A stretch of 64,000 bases of DNA, taken from IMG/VR virus record IMGVR_UViG_3300020213_000019. The stretch is one strand, 5' to 3'. The notes beneath the pieces are model-generated. The model was not told where the DNA came from, searched no databases, and worked only from the letters and a program-made list of their open reading frames with translations. Position numbers and translations under genes: made by a program. The DNA comes from an uncultured virus (IMG/VR IMGVR_UViG_3300020213_000019). Taxonomy: Duplodnaviria > Heunggongvirae > Uroviricota > Caudoviricetes. Numbering within the stretch: the stretch's first letter is position 1; the number at the start of each line of letters is the position of its first letter. This document shows, piece by piece, positions 29,104 through 38,125 of the stretch.

Positions 29104-29582
29104 ACAAAGACATCAATAGTGTACCGGCTGTTAACAAGTTTATTCAAAAGGGTAAGTTCCGCGAGGCTAAGAGTGCCTTGGTGGCTCCTGAAAATTCCGG
29201 GCTGAGATTTGTTCTCAATCCTATGGATGTGAAGGCTACTTTTCAAAATTCCATCAACGTTACGGTTGCTACGAAGTGGAAGAAAGTACGCGAAGAGGGT
29301 AAGGCCTGGCACGCTAATCAATCTGGTTTTAAACTAGGTGAAATGCAGTCCGTAGCAGTGCAGAGCGATGTGTGGGTTCTTAACCTTGTGCTTCTTTCAG
29401 AGAGTGGTAATACTACGAAAGTATCTCTAGACGCGGCTTTTAAGAAAGCGGCAGCGATGGCCAAATACGAAAAAGCATCGATTCACATGTCACAGGACAT
29501 GCTCAATTACGATGACTGCAAGGAAATGGCAACAAAGCATTTCATTGATGAAGGCATTAACGTTTACGTTTACAAGCCTTGA
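29100..29582 (+). CDS. degenerate macro-domain-like protein
   Basis: KLGEMQ.V.V..DVWV.N, AF.K.A..AK...ASIH, GINVYVY; Gly-rich loop not evident. Confidence 0.45.
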   Translation: MNKDINSVPAVNKFIQKGKFREAKSALVAPENSGLRFVLNPMDVKATFQNSINVTVATKWKKVREEGKAWHANQSGFKLGEMQSVAVQSDVWVLNLVLLSESGNTTKVSLDAAFKKAAAMAKYEKASIHMSQDMLNYDDCKEMATKHFIDEGINVYVYKP

Positions 29583-30266
29583 TCATTTAGGCGCAGGCTG
29601 AGTATCGTCTAACTCGCCTTCTTGGCGTGACTTCATGGTTGTGCTAGGGTTTTTAACTGGAACGACTGTTTCCTCGTCAGAGGTGTCGGGATGAACTTGT
29701 TTCAGTTGCTGGCGACTCTCCCACTCTAGGTCCTCTTTGTTCTGTCTAGACATAGCGGCATAGTCAGGGGCTTGTGACGGAGGTAAGTCTTTAGTGATTT
29801 CATCTTCCATAAGTGCCCGCAACAAACGCAAAGAAGTAAGCTCAGCAAGAGCTTGAGCTTTACGTGCATGAGGTTGCCTGCCTTGGTTGGCAGGTAGCGC
29901 GCCTTCTGCGGCGACCATAATTTGACGCACTTGGTCGTGCATGACGTCGATGTTTGGCTCTTCAGTTTTCAACTGATCATTGATTAATTGCTGTATTTGT
30001 TTGGCGTATGGCAGCAAGAAGAGTGCATGCTGCATTTCTGATTGGGCTTGTTTTAGTTGACTTTCATGCATGTAGTAGTTACTAGCTATGCTATTCAAAT
30101 CTTCTACAGCTGCTCGTTGAGCATTTTGCAGTTTAGTTTTAGGCGAAATACGAGCACCGCTTAGCTGCTCTGAGCCTGGATACGACTCTAAAGCATCGAC
30201 ATCAACGGCCGTTTTAAGCTTTTTTTCAATTCGACCAGCTAATTTCAATAATTCTTTAAGCGCCAT
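29583..30266 (-). CDS. hypothetical protein
   Basis: 227-aa solitary opposite-strand ORF; N-terminal ELLKLAGRIE. Confidence 0.7.
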   Translation of the reverse strand: MALKELLKLAGRIEKKLKTAVDVDALESYPGSEQLSGARISPKTKLQNAQRAAVEDLNSIASNYYMHESQLKQAQSEMQHALFLLPYAKQIQQLINDQLKTEEPNIDVMHDQVRQIMVAAEGALPANQGRQPHARKAQALAELTSLRLLRALMEDEITKDLPPSQAPDYAAMSRQNKEDLEWESRQQLKQVHPDTSDEETVVPVKNPSTTMKSRQEGELDDTQPAPK

Positions 30267-30304
30267 AACATAATGGCTTATAACCGATAGATAGGTTTAG
30301 TAAA

Positions 30305-31027
30305 ATGGCTCGTTCTAAAACCCCCAAATTGTTAACTACCCAGCAGCAGATTGAGCTGGCTTGTAAAAACCTTAGAAGCCTTCGTTGGGACGTCGACTAC
30401 AAGTACGATACGGACTGCTCCGAGTGCGATGCGAACGATTATCATCGTAATTGTGTAATTAAAAACTTCAGAATTGAATCGGTAAATATGAAGAAGATTT
30501 CGGCTTCGGTGCTGGCCAACGTTCATGAGCCGATCCTTGGATACTGTATTGATCGTATTTTGCACATTTCTGAAATGTATAATACTTACAGCTGGGACTA
30601 TCAAAAATCTAGTGGGTACTATGGCGAGGAAATAGATGACGTTACATTTACCGGCGCATCCTCGATTGACGAACGCATCTGGGAACTGGCCCAGATGACC
30701 GACGTTGAACGTATTTTGAAGGTATTGGAATGGGAGTACGGCTCGATCCTGCCCATCTTAAAGACAGTCAAAAGCTTCGCTGTGGAAAACGTCGAGATTG
30801 CTGACGTCGCTCTTCCAAACGATCATTATGTAGCGAAGGTAAAGGTTAACAGCCGTTATGAACAAGGGATGTATGACGAGTGGGAATTACCTCTTGGTAT
30901 TTGTGTGCCTGTTTCTAACGGACAGGTTAAAGTTGTCGATGGCTACCATCGTGTTACCAAGGCAATTTCTGAGCGGGCCGCCATTAAAAAGGGAGATACT
31001 ATTTTACAAGTAATTGTAGGTAGGTAA
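30305..31027 (+). CDS. protein with C-terminal ParB/Srx-like domain
   Basis: VVDGYHRV.KA. Confidence 0.6.
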   Translation: MARSKTPKLLTTQQQIELACKNLRSLRWDVDYKYDTDCSECDANDYHRNCVIKNFRIESVNMKKISASVLANVHEPILGYCIDRILHISEMYNTYSWDYQKSSGYYGEEIDDVTFTGASSIDERIWELAQMTDVERILKVLEWEYGSILPILKTVKSFAVENVEIADVALPNDHYVAKVKVNSRYEQGMYDEWELPLGICVPVSNGQVKVVDGYHRVTKAISERAAIKKGDTILQVIVGR

Positions 31028-31049
31028 CGGATTAATCCGCCATAGCAAT

Positions 31050-31442
31050 ATGGCGGATTTGCTCTTTCGTACGGCAGATGAAGTTTCAGTTAAACTGAAG
31101 CACGAACGCATTGTAGTCGCTTCGGCTTCAGACTACGATACCAAAATTAATTTGGAAATAATAGCCATATACGACAATGGCTATTTTGTTTTTGTGCCTA
31201 GTAAATACAACCTGCAAGGCAGCGTTTACGTAGACAAAGGTAACGCGTTTAAGCTTAATATTCCTGAGCGTTTTTTAGATAGCCGCATTAACTACATTAC
31301 TGATGAGCATATAGTATCCCTATATAATCGTCGTGAAGGCTGTACATGCTCACGCTGCGAAGAGTTCTACCATCATTCCGAACCTAATCAGGAAGATGGT
31401 AGTATGATATGTTATCAATGTAGAGAAGATCGGTTTAGATAG
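31050..31442 (+). CDS. hypothetical protein with C-terminal Zn finger
   Basis: CSRC...CYQC. Confidence 0.7.
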   Translation: MADLLFRTADEVSVKLKHERIVVASASDYDTKINLEIIAIYDNGYFVFVPSKYNLQGSVYVDKGNAFKLNIPERFLDSRINYITDEHIVSLYNRREGCTCSRCEEFYHHSEPNQEDGSMICYQCREDRFR

Positions 31443-31632
31443 GAATTGGTCGCCAAGAATGGATGTCTTTCATAGCGAAACATCTAAGCGCATTTTTGTC
31501 TAGATCGGTAGCTTCCATCAACCATTGCTGCTCTGGATGGAATTCATTCGAGCCATAGTAAACGTTGATCGGGACGATACGTCGAAATGCGCGCTCGTTT
31601 TTCCAGTTTGTGTAATCTATTTCAACTTTCAT
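31435..31632 (-). CDS. stand-alone WYL-domain protein
   Basis: YTNWKNE..RRIVP...QWLMEATDLDKNALRCFAMKDI. Confidence 0.75.
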   Translation of the reverse strand: MKVEIDYTNWKNERAFRRIVPINVYYGSNEFHPEQQWLMEATDLDKNALRCFAMKDIHSWRPIPI

Positions 31633-32075
31633 CGCATCACCTGAAGTTTATCGTAAGTAGTCATAAGTTCGTTTAGCTCCGCGATTCCGTCTTGATTACC
31701 ATTCCAATGTATTTGCGCAGGAAGACTCATTGTTAATCGCAAAGAACCTAAATCTACTATGATTTTACTGGTTTGATCATTAATCTCTAATGGTGTAGGG
31801 CGAACTGGAAATTCATAACAAAGTCCGATAATCATATCATATAGATAATGAGCAACTTTCCTTATAGGTTGAGCTATATGAATATCGCCGGTACTACTAA
31901 ACGTTATAAGAACGCCATCACAGTCTTGGAATATTACAGTTGTACAGTCAAGCGTTTTTCCGGTATTTAAACCGAATGTTTGACCTTTATCAAAGCTAAC
32001 AATAAGTTCATTATTCGCCTGTGGAGTAATGTGTATATTGTTGGGATGTGGTTTAGAGTCTAACATAATTGACAT
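31629..32075 (-). CDS. hypothetical protein, tail DKLQVMR
   Basis: ORF coupled to neighbours. Confidence 0.7.
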   Translation of the reverse strand: MSIMLDSKPHPNNIHITPQANNELIVSFDKGQTFGLNTGKTLDCTTVIFQDCDGVLITFSSTGDIHIAQPIRKVAHYLYDMIIGLCYEFPVRPTPLEINDQTSKIIVDLGSLRLTMSLPAQIHWNGNQDGIAELNELMTTYDKLQVMR

Positions 32076-32574
32076 GTATAAGATTATTTATATCGTCTCG
32101 AACGATATCTTCAACCTTAAATACTGCCGGGTTAACCCATGGGAAGACGACCGGGGACTCTGCTGTAATAGTTTCCGGAACCAACGTTACGTCTAGCTTG
32201 TGGGCAAATTTCATAGCTTCCTCGTAAATACCCTTTCCACCGATGAAGTAAATTTTACGAGTATCGACCTCGTCCTCATGGTTATGGGTTCCTGTACAAT
32301 CGAACATAGGTTGCTCCGCTGCCTCCAGGGCCGATTCTAACGAGCTGTAGGTCTCGATGCCCTCCTGCTCAACCTTCGTTCTTGAAACGACGATGTTGCG
32401 GCGATTAGGAAGCGGACGCCCTATCGACTCATAAGTCTTGCGCCCCATAATAACAATATTACCCGTTGTAAGCTCACGAAAGCGTTTCATGTCCGCTTTA
32501 TGCTTCCAGGGGATCCCGTTATCTACTCCGATAACACCATTTTGAGAAACAGCAACAATTACAATACGCTCCAT
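32053..32574 (-). CDS. folA: dihydrofolate reductase
   Basis: IG..NGIPW...DMKRFRELT, IMGRKTYESIGRPLPNRRNIVVS, IGG..IY. Confidence 0.96.
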   Translation of the reverse strand: MERIVIVAVSQNGVIGVDNGIPWKHKADMKRFRELTTGNIVIMGRKTYESIGRPLPNRRNIVVSRTKVEQEGIETYSSLESALEAAEQPMFDCTGTHNHEDEVDTRKIYFIGGKGIYEEAMKFAHKLDVTLVPETITAESPVVFPWVNPAVFKVEDIVRDDINNLIHVNYVRL

Positions 32575-32583
32575 ATTATCTCC

Positions 32584-32646
32584 TCAAGTTAATGTAGCAA
32601 ATTTTGGGTCCACTATACGATAACAGGCTTTTTTCAACACCGTTTC
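32584..32646 (-). pseudogene. orphan 3' end of a tail-motif gene (ETVLKKACYRIVDPKFATLT*)
   Basis: Resembles family C tail GYKIVPQKLELLM; abuts the element right end. Confidence 0.55.
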
Positions 32647-32647
32647 G

Positions 32648-33920
32648 GTGAACTACCTCGCCCTAAAGGGCGAGGCTTCTGAAAGTATCCGGCGAATTTA
32701 TTTCTCCGGATATCGCAAGGCTCGTACCGAGCCTTTTGATATTTATTGCTGCATTAATATCTCTATCGATGGCGATGCCGCAGGCATCGCAATCGTAAAC
32801 TCTATTCCGTAAGGTTAAGAGCTTATTAATATTCCCGCAATAAGAACACGTCTTCGACGTGTTCTTTGGATTCACCTTGATCAAGATCCTACCAGCACTT
32901 TCAGCCTTGTAGGTTACGAGGGCAACAAAGTTGCCCCAAGATGCATCCGCTATATTTCCTTTAGATACCTCGAAGCCTTTGGCTTCGAGCATTCCTTTAA
33001 CATTTAAATCCTCGACAACGATTACATCGTTGTCCTTAACAAGCTTATTGGCAACTTTATGTTGCCAATCAGATCTCTGATTGGCTATCTTATTATATGT
33101 TCTCTGCAAAAGCGACTTTGCTTTTGCTCTGTTGCTCGAACCTCGCTGCTTCGCAGCGAGTTTCTTCTGCTGATAAGCAAGCTTCTCTTTAGAAGTTTTC
33201 CATGGTTTAGGATGATGGAACTTCGTTCCATCATCCGTGGTAATGAAAGAGGTTATTCCGAGATCTATTCCGATAGTCTTACCGGTCTTTGGAAGGAGTT
33301 TTTCCAAAACTCCTTCGCAAGAAAGTATAATGAAGAAAAGATCTCCTTCCTTCTTTATCTGAATTGTCTTACATCGTCCTTCAAAAGGACGATGCATATG
33401 GATTTTAATGTCTCCAGGTATTCCTCTGATATTCAGCTTCCCATTCGGGAGGAGCTTCGCTCCTCCGGTCTTGAGATCACATTGAGGAAAGCATATTGAT
33501 TTAAATCGATCAATCGATTTAAATCTAGGAAACCCTGGAGTATCTCCGCTTTTAATCCTTCTGAAGAAGGATTTAAAAGAGTTATCCAGAGTTTTCAGAA
33601 CAAACTGAAGACTCTGAGAATGTATATTTTGCGTCTCTTTTTCAAAGAGACGCTTTAGTTCTGGTAGTTGATTTGCTTGATCTACATATGATTTTGATTT
33701 AGCATATCTTTTGTAAAAAGATATGCGTTCTTCAAGAGCAGCATTATAAAGATTCTTACAGAAATGAAATGAATTAACCAGCGCTTCGCGCTGGTTTTTA
33801 TTCAAATAAATTCTATACTTATAGGATCTTCTCATTGCTATGCTCTTATATAGCGCATTATATTTTTCTGAACAAAAATTCATCCCCTCCCTAAAGGGAG
33901 GGTATTCTTTTTGGAGAATG
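32648..33920 (-). mobile_element. full-length tnpB-only IS200/IS605-family (IS1341-like) element, 1273 bp
   Basis: TTTAT at 33921-33925(-), left end CATTCTCCAAAAAGAATACCCTCCC-TTTA-GGGAGGG, right-end hairpin + GTAGTTCAC; no tnpA. Confidence 0.93.
32663..33835 (-). CDS. tnpB: RNA-guided endonuclease TnpB (390 aa)
   Basis: YKYRIY start, GFPRFK, RuvC GIDLG / VEDL / DRDINAA intact, CSYCG..CDACG. Confidence 0.95.
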   Translation of the reverse strand: MRRSYKYRIYLNKNQREALVNSFHFCKNLYNAALEERISFYKRYAKSKSYVDQANQLPELKRLFEKETQNIHSQSLQFVLKTLDNSFKSFFRRIKSGDTPGFPRFKSIDRFKSICFPQCDLKTGGAKLLPNGKLNIRGIPGDIKIHMHRPFEGRCKTIQIKKEGDLFFIILSCEGVLEKLLPKTGKTIGIDLGITSFITTDDGTKFHHPKPWKTSKEKLAYQQKKLAAKQRGSSNRAKAKSLLQRTYNKIANQRSDWQHKVANKLVKDNDVIVVEDLNVKGMLEAKGFEVSKGNIADASWGNFVALVTYKAESAGRILIKVNPKNTSKTCSYCGNINKLLTLRNRVYDCDACGIAIDRDINAAINIKRLGTSLAISGEINSPDTFRSLAL

Positions 33921-34235
33921 ATAAAGCCTGCAATAAGGCAAGACATCAGCCCGATGCATCGCACGCATGATAGCGTTTTGCTCCGCATGAATACAGCAGG
34001 TTCTGTCTGACTTAAATCCAGGCCTTATTTCGTGTTTACGTAAACACCGACTGTTTTCTTCCATATTACGTGGAGGCTGGTTGCACGCACTAGCGATTAT
34101 CTCTTCAGAACCGAATTGTTTTACAATCACCGTTCCGCATCTTGCGCGGAGACATCCCGATTGCAAAGCAACTTTTCTCGCTTCTTCCAACCATCGCTCC
34201 GCAGAACTGGCCTCACCACCTGATAGAACGCGCAT
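33921..34235 (-). pseudogene. dCMP deaminase, truncated by tnpB element
   Basis: S.C.R..CG.VIV, CIHAEQNAI, RLY then element; PCxxC half absent. Confidence 0.85.
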
Positions 34236-34237
34236 GT

Positions 34238-34558
34238 TTAACGCCTTATGCTATTGAGGATTTGACAAGCGTTTTTAGCTTCACCGACCAAATCTACGTC
34301 TTCTTGTAAGCGGGACATCTCGTAGGTCATTTTCTTATCCATCTCATGACGGTGGTCGTGCAATTCTTTTATCTTATTCACAAGCTCTGAAGATTTGATA
34401 CGGTAATGAACGGCCACTGCATTAAGTACAAGCATGACGCACATCATACCTAATATTAGATAACCAAAACTATTACCGTTTATTGTACAGTAGTAAATGC
34501 AGCTTAAAAGAATGCATACGCCAGTAGCGGTTATAATGTAATTGGTTTCTGCCTTCAT
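34238..34558 (-). CDS. membrane protein
   Basis: Two hydrophobic segments plus coiled coil. Confidence 0.65.
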   Translation of the reverse strand: MKAETNYIITATGVCILLSCIYYCTINGNSFGYLILGMMCVMLVLNAVAVHYRIKSSELVNKIKELHDHRHEMDKKMTYEMSRLQEDVDLVGEAKNACQILNSIRR

Positions 34559-36009
34559 ACAGCAACCTTGAATTTGATAGCCGGATCAGGATCGTATCCT
34601 TCAAGAATAAATTTGGACATGATCGTTGCCGTATCTTCTTTCATCAACGCCTCAACATCGTTGAGACACTTGATGTCATCAGAAATGATCAGCTTAGGTA
34701 AGGCTTTTGGAGTTCGTGTCAATTGCTCGCGTAGACCTGGAATGTGGTCGTACTCCGACATCGAGCCATCAGGTTTACCAGTGTAGATGTGGGCATCGAC
34801 CATTGTGTGACCGAAACGTCCTGCCCTCATGCCGGAGAAGCGAGCAAACAACTCGATAAGTAAGGAGTAGCTAGCAATGTTATAAGGGACACCAAGAGCA
34901 ATGTCCGCGCTACGTTGAGTAAGATGTAGGCAAATTTCATTTTCGCCATATTTATCTTTTTGGACGTTTATAACGTACATGGAGTGACATGGAGGTAATT
35001 TCATCAAATGAATTTCAGATGGATTCCATGCCGAAACGATCATTCTTCTACTTAAAGAATTTGTTTTTAGCTGAGCTATGACGTCGTGAATCTGATCATT
35101 TATTCGCACACGAGGAAGAGTATCTTCGGGATAAGGCTCATAAGAAAATTTGAAATTCTTACTATCTTTTCTAACGCCTTTTAATACTTTATGAACAGTT
35201 GATACGTCCAAATCGTAATCACTGCACACACCGGCAACGTCCAATGTTACAAATTGTATTCCATCAGGACGAGTAACTCTAATTAATTTAGTTGTTGTGT
35301 TGTTTAGCCGCTGTTCTTTTTCACTTAACCAAATACACGTATCGGGCCCATACATATTGCTTCTATTGAAATCTTTATCCAAAGAGTATTCATCTGGGAA
35401 AATGCGTTTTAGATGCCAGCCATCAAGCAGTTGAACGTCATGAACGAACGATTTGAAATCATGCCAACGTTCGCAAACGTGAACGCCATTGCCACCGTAC
35501 CATTTATAATGTTTGCGATTTTTGTCGTAACACCTATAAAGCATTTCCGACCACGTATTGTATAGCAATTCTCCGAATGGCAGATCTCGACGATCATTTA
35601 GAGTGTAAATACCTACGTCAGCGACTTTTTTCGATTCGCCTTTTTGCCTTGGTTTTATAGTGAAGTTGTTCTCGAAAGTGTTTTTGGTTTTAAGATGTAA
35701 CGTTTCCCATCTACGCCACTGCTTACCGTATACCGGACCAAGGTGACCCCACTGATCCTTCCAAGGATCCCAGAATTTACAATTATGTTTTTCTAACAGT
35801 TTTAAATTTGCGCTACCAGACAAGAACCAAAGCATTTCAACTACGATATTCTTCCACGAGACCGACTTGGTAGTCATCAATGGAAAACCTTTTTTCAAGT
35901 CTACCGTGTAGTTGACATTGAAAGCGGACAGCGTATCGACGCCGGTTCGATTTTCTTTACGCGTTCCGTTTTCCAATACATACTTTACCGCATCAAGATA
36001 TTGTTTCAT
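34555..36009 (-). CDS. thyA: thymidylate synthase with in-frame HNH endonuclease insertion
   Basis: RTG, FPLMTTK, LGPVYGKQWR, SAWNP, LPPCH, QRSAD, GVPYNIASY, DAHIY. Confidence 0.95.
   Translation of the reverse strand: MKQYLDAVKYVLENGTRKENRTGVDTLSAFNVNYTVDLKKGFPLMTTKSVSWKNIVVEMLWFLSGSANLKLLEKHNCKFWDPWKDQWGHLGPVYGKQWRRWETLHLKTKNTFENNFTIKPRQKGESKKVADVGIYTLNDRRDLPFGELLYNTWSEMLYRCYDKNRKHYKWYGGNGVHVCERWHDFKSFVHDVQLLDGWHLKRIFPDEYSLDKDFNRSNMYGPDTCIWLSEKEQRLNNTTTKLIRVTRPDGIQFVTLDVAGVCSDYDLDVSTVHKVLKGVRKDSKNFKFSYEPYPEDTLPRVRINDQIHDVIAQLKTNSLSRRMIVSAWNPSEIHLMKLPPCHSMYVINVQKDKYGENEICLHLTQRSADIALGVPYNIASYSLLIELFARFSGMRAGRFGHTMVDAHIYTGKPDGSMSEYDHIPGLREQLTRTPKALPKLIISDDIKCLNDVEALMKEDTATIMSKFILEGYDPDPAIKFKVAV
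35104..35706 (-). mobile_element. putative homing endonuclease domain inserted in thyA, no intein motifs
   Basis: W..M..RCY...YGGNGVHVCERW..F..F..D...LDKD....Y.PDTC.W plus C-terminal HTH-like segment. Confidence 0.75.
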
Positions 36010-36182
36010 TTTTCAGTCTTGGTAGAAACTAACATTGAAAGTAGATAGCCGATAGTGACGCTCATTACAAGAGCAATAAGATTAAACCATTCGCTATCTC
36101 TTATGCCAATGTAAATGTCCCAGCTACAAATAATTAGCAGAGCTAAAACGCAAAAGTAAAGTGTAAGTTTATATTTGTTCAT
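36006..36182 (-). CDS. small membrane protein
   Basis: Two TM segments, ATGA-coupled to thyA. Confidence 0.6.
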   Translation of the reverse strand: MNKYKLTLYFCVLALLIICSWDIYIGIRDSEWFNLIALVMSVTIGYLLSMLVSTKTEK

Positions 36183-36426
36183 GAAGTTTTCTAACTTTAA
36201 CAAATGAAGGAAGAAAGTGAGCTGTCGACAAATTGAACGGAAGATCTTTGGAGTAGTACGTCTCGGAACAATTGATAAGCAATCGCTCACCAAGCACGCA
36301 ATTAAGAACCTCGTATTTCATTGTTCCGTGCGTGAAATGGATGCCACGAAACTCTCCTTCATCAAAGATTGAGAAGTTAGTATTAGGATCAAATTCAATA
36401 AGATATTCGTTGAATGTATATGCCAT
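36169..36426 (-). CDS. hypothetical protein
   Basis: ORF in operon. Confidence 0.6.
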   Translation of the reverse strand: MAYTFNEYLIEFDPNTNFSIFDEGEFRGIHFTHGTMKYEVLNCVLGERLLINCSETYYSKDLPFNLSTAHFLPSFVKVRKLHEQI

Positions 36427-36430
36427 AAGC

Positions 36431-36622
36431 TTACTCTTCGTCGTTATGATTTATGCTTGGGGCTTGTTCAAAATTCAAATGCATACAGCCAATACAAAAC
36501 CCTATACAGACCAAGCATATAGCGGCTGGAATCCAGTTTCTAGATTCTACAAAGATAGAATATGATTGCAGTAAGAACATATAAAAAACTATACTCATCA
36601 CCACAAGTAATTCGCGCGTCAT
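36431..36622 (-). CDS. small membrane protein
   Basis: Two TM segments. Confidence 0.6.
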   Translation of the reverse strand: MTRELLVVMSIVFYMFLLQSYSIFVESRNWIPAAICLVCIGFCIGCMHLNFEQAPSINHNDEE

Positions 36623-37722
36623 GTAATTACCGTTACACTATGCGGATGACTCTCGTGAAGCCCCGCATTAGATATACGAATGAACTCAGGCTCTTTGCGT
36701 AAATCTATTAGTGATTTGGCTCCCTGATAAGAACAACCAGAGCGAATGCCTTCGCTTAATTTACGAATAACATCACGTACCGGGCCTTTAGCATTGACCA
36801 TTGCTTTTACGCCTTCGACGTGATTAGATTTGTGAGTAGAGCTGCCTTCATATTTTTTGTATGAGATTCCGGCGTGTACAAACGTTTCACCTGGCGATTC
36901 ATCTGAACCGGCGAAGAGATTGCCAGCCATAACCATATCAGCAAAGCACAAAGCTTTTACACAATCACCAGCAGATTTGATTCCACCGTCAGCAATGATG
37001 TGCATATAGGCAAAAGTATTCTCCCTATTGTGACGGTAAGAGTCTCTGGCATTTGCGACGTCGATCAGTGCTGTTAGCTGTGGAACACCATTACCAGTTT
37101 CGATACGAGTCGAACACAGGCTGCCTGGTCCTATTCCGACCTTTACGGCTGTTGCTCCGGCATTCCATAAACGCATCGCGCCTTCACCGGTAGCTACGTT
37201 ACCGGCAATGATGGACACCTCCGGCCCTCTCTGCCCTGTTCCCGATACCTCTCGAATATGCTTGACCATAGCTTCGCATCGTTCCGAGTCTCCATGAGCA
37301 ACGTCAACACACACTAAACGAATGCAGTTATCGTTGTCGTTCTTTTTCTGATCAACAAGAACTTGCTCTATGTTTTTGAAATCTTCATCCTGAACACCAA
37401 CAGAGATAGCAACGTGGTAGCTAGGTTGCCCGTTATCGGTGTTAGGAAGCTTAGCTGTTTCACATATTTGTTTATGTAAGGCTAACTGTTCCTCGAAGGA
37501 CATGAATCGATGAAGAATAACTAGGCCACCAACTTCAAGAATAGCTAACGCTACTTCTTGATTGATAACCGTTTTCATATTTGCTGGTATTACCGGAAAG
37601 TTGAAGTAATTCCTATAGATATTACAATCTAGTGAAACTTTAGAACGTGTACAAATTTTAGAATGCTTTGGAGCAAGTAGCACGTCGTCGTAAGTGAGGC
37701 CATCTCGGATAGTAAATCGCAT
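36619..37722 (-). CDS. IMP dehydrogenase / GMP reductase family, no CBS domains
   Basis: [53 protein letters not shown]. Confidence 0.92.
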   Translation of the reverse strand: MRFTIRDGLTYDDVLLAPKHSKICTRSKVSLDCNIYRNYFNFPVIPANMKTVINQEVALAILEVGGLVILHRFMSFEEQLALHKQICETAKLPNTDNGQPSYHVAISVGVQDEDFKNIEQVLVDQKKNDNDNCIRLVCVDVAHGDSERCEAMVKHIREVSGTGQRGPEVSIIAGNVATGEGAMRLWNAGATAVKVGIGPGSLCSTRIETGNGVPQLTALIDVANARDSYRHNRENTFAYMHIIADGGIKSAGDCVKALCFADMVMAGNLFAGSDESPGETFVHAGISYKKYEGSSTHKSNHVEGVKAMVNAKGPVRDVIRKLSEGIRSGCSYQGAKSLIDLRKEPEFIRISNAGLHESHPHSVTVIT

Positions 37723-37751
37723 GAGTAGCGGCTTTTACTCGACCCGGCGCA

Positions 37752-37758
37752 CTCGACA
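37752..37758 (-). promoter_or_regulatory. TGTCGAG intergenic motif
   Basis: About 30 nt upstream of IMPDH start; partial second copy at 37738. Confidence 0.45.
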
Positions 37759-37813
37759 TAATCACTCTTGGGTTTTTTAGGCATATTAGAGACCCATTAC
37801 AAGTTTGGTAAAT

Positions 37814-38119
37814 ATGTTAGCATTACGAATTTCGGCTATATTAGCTTCTTTAGTTCTTTTAGGATCAGACTGTTCTGGTGGCCAGCCTCCACCTGTTAAA
37901 CCACAGCCAACGCCTATCGTAATTGATAACAATTATTGTTTAAAAGCTCAAGAAAACCTTCAGCGCTTGCATTGCGCGGAGGGAGAGCCAACTAAAAAAG
38001 GCAAGAGTTTTGAGCAATTCTGTGTAGGAACCCAGCAAAATGGAGTGTTCCTTAATCCTAAATGTTTATCTGAAATTACATCTTGTGGACAAGTTGACTC
38101 TTGTTCTCCAACAAAGTGA
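37814..38119 (+). CDS. exported/lipoprotein-like Cys-rich protein
   Basis: Signal-like N-terminus ending GSDC, Pro linker, six further Cys. Confidence 0.65.
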   Translation: MLALRISAILASLVLLGSDCSGGQPPPVKPQPTPIVIDNNYCLKAQENLQRLHCAEGEPTKKGKSFEQFCVGTQQNGVFLNPKCLSEITSCGQVDSCSPTK

Positions 38120-38125
38120 GCTTAT

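Noticed and set aside
32648..33920. IStron (group I intron + tnpB) that would splice out of the deaminase
   Set aside because: Only ~85 nt lie between the left end and the tnpB start, too short for an intron core, and the downstream exon is missing.
33836..33988. 51-aa N-terminal extension of TnpB in the ORF track
   Set aside because: It crosses the element left end into the deaminase; ATG 33835 gives the typical TnpB start.
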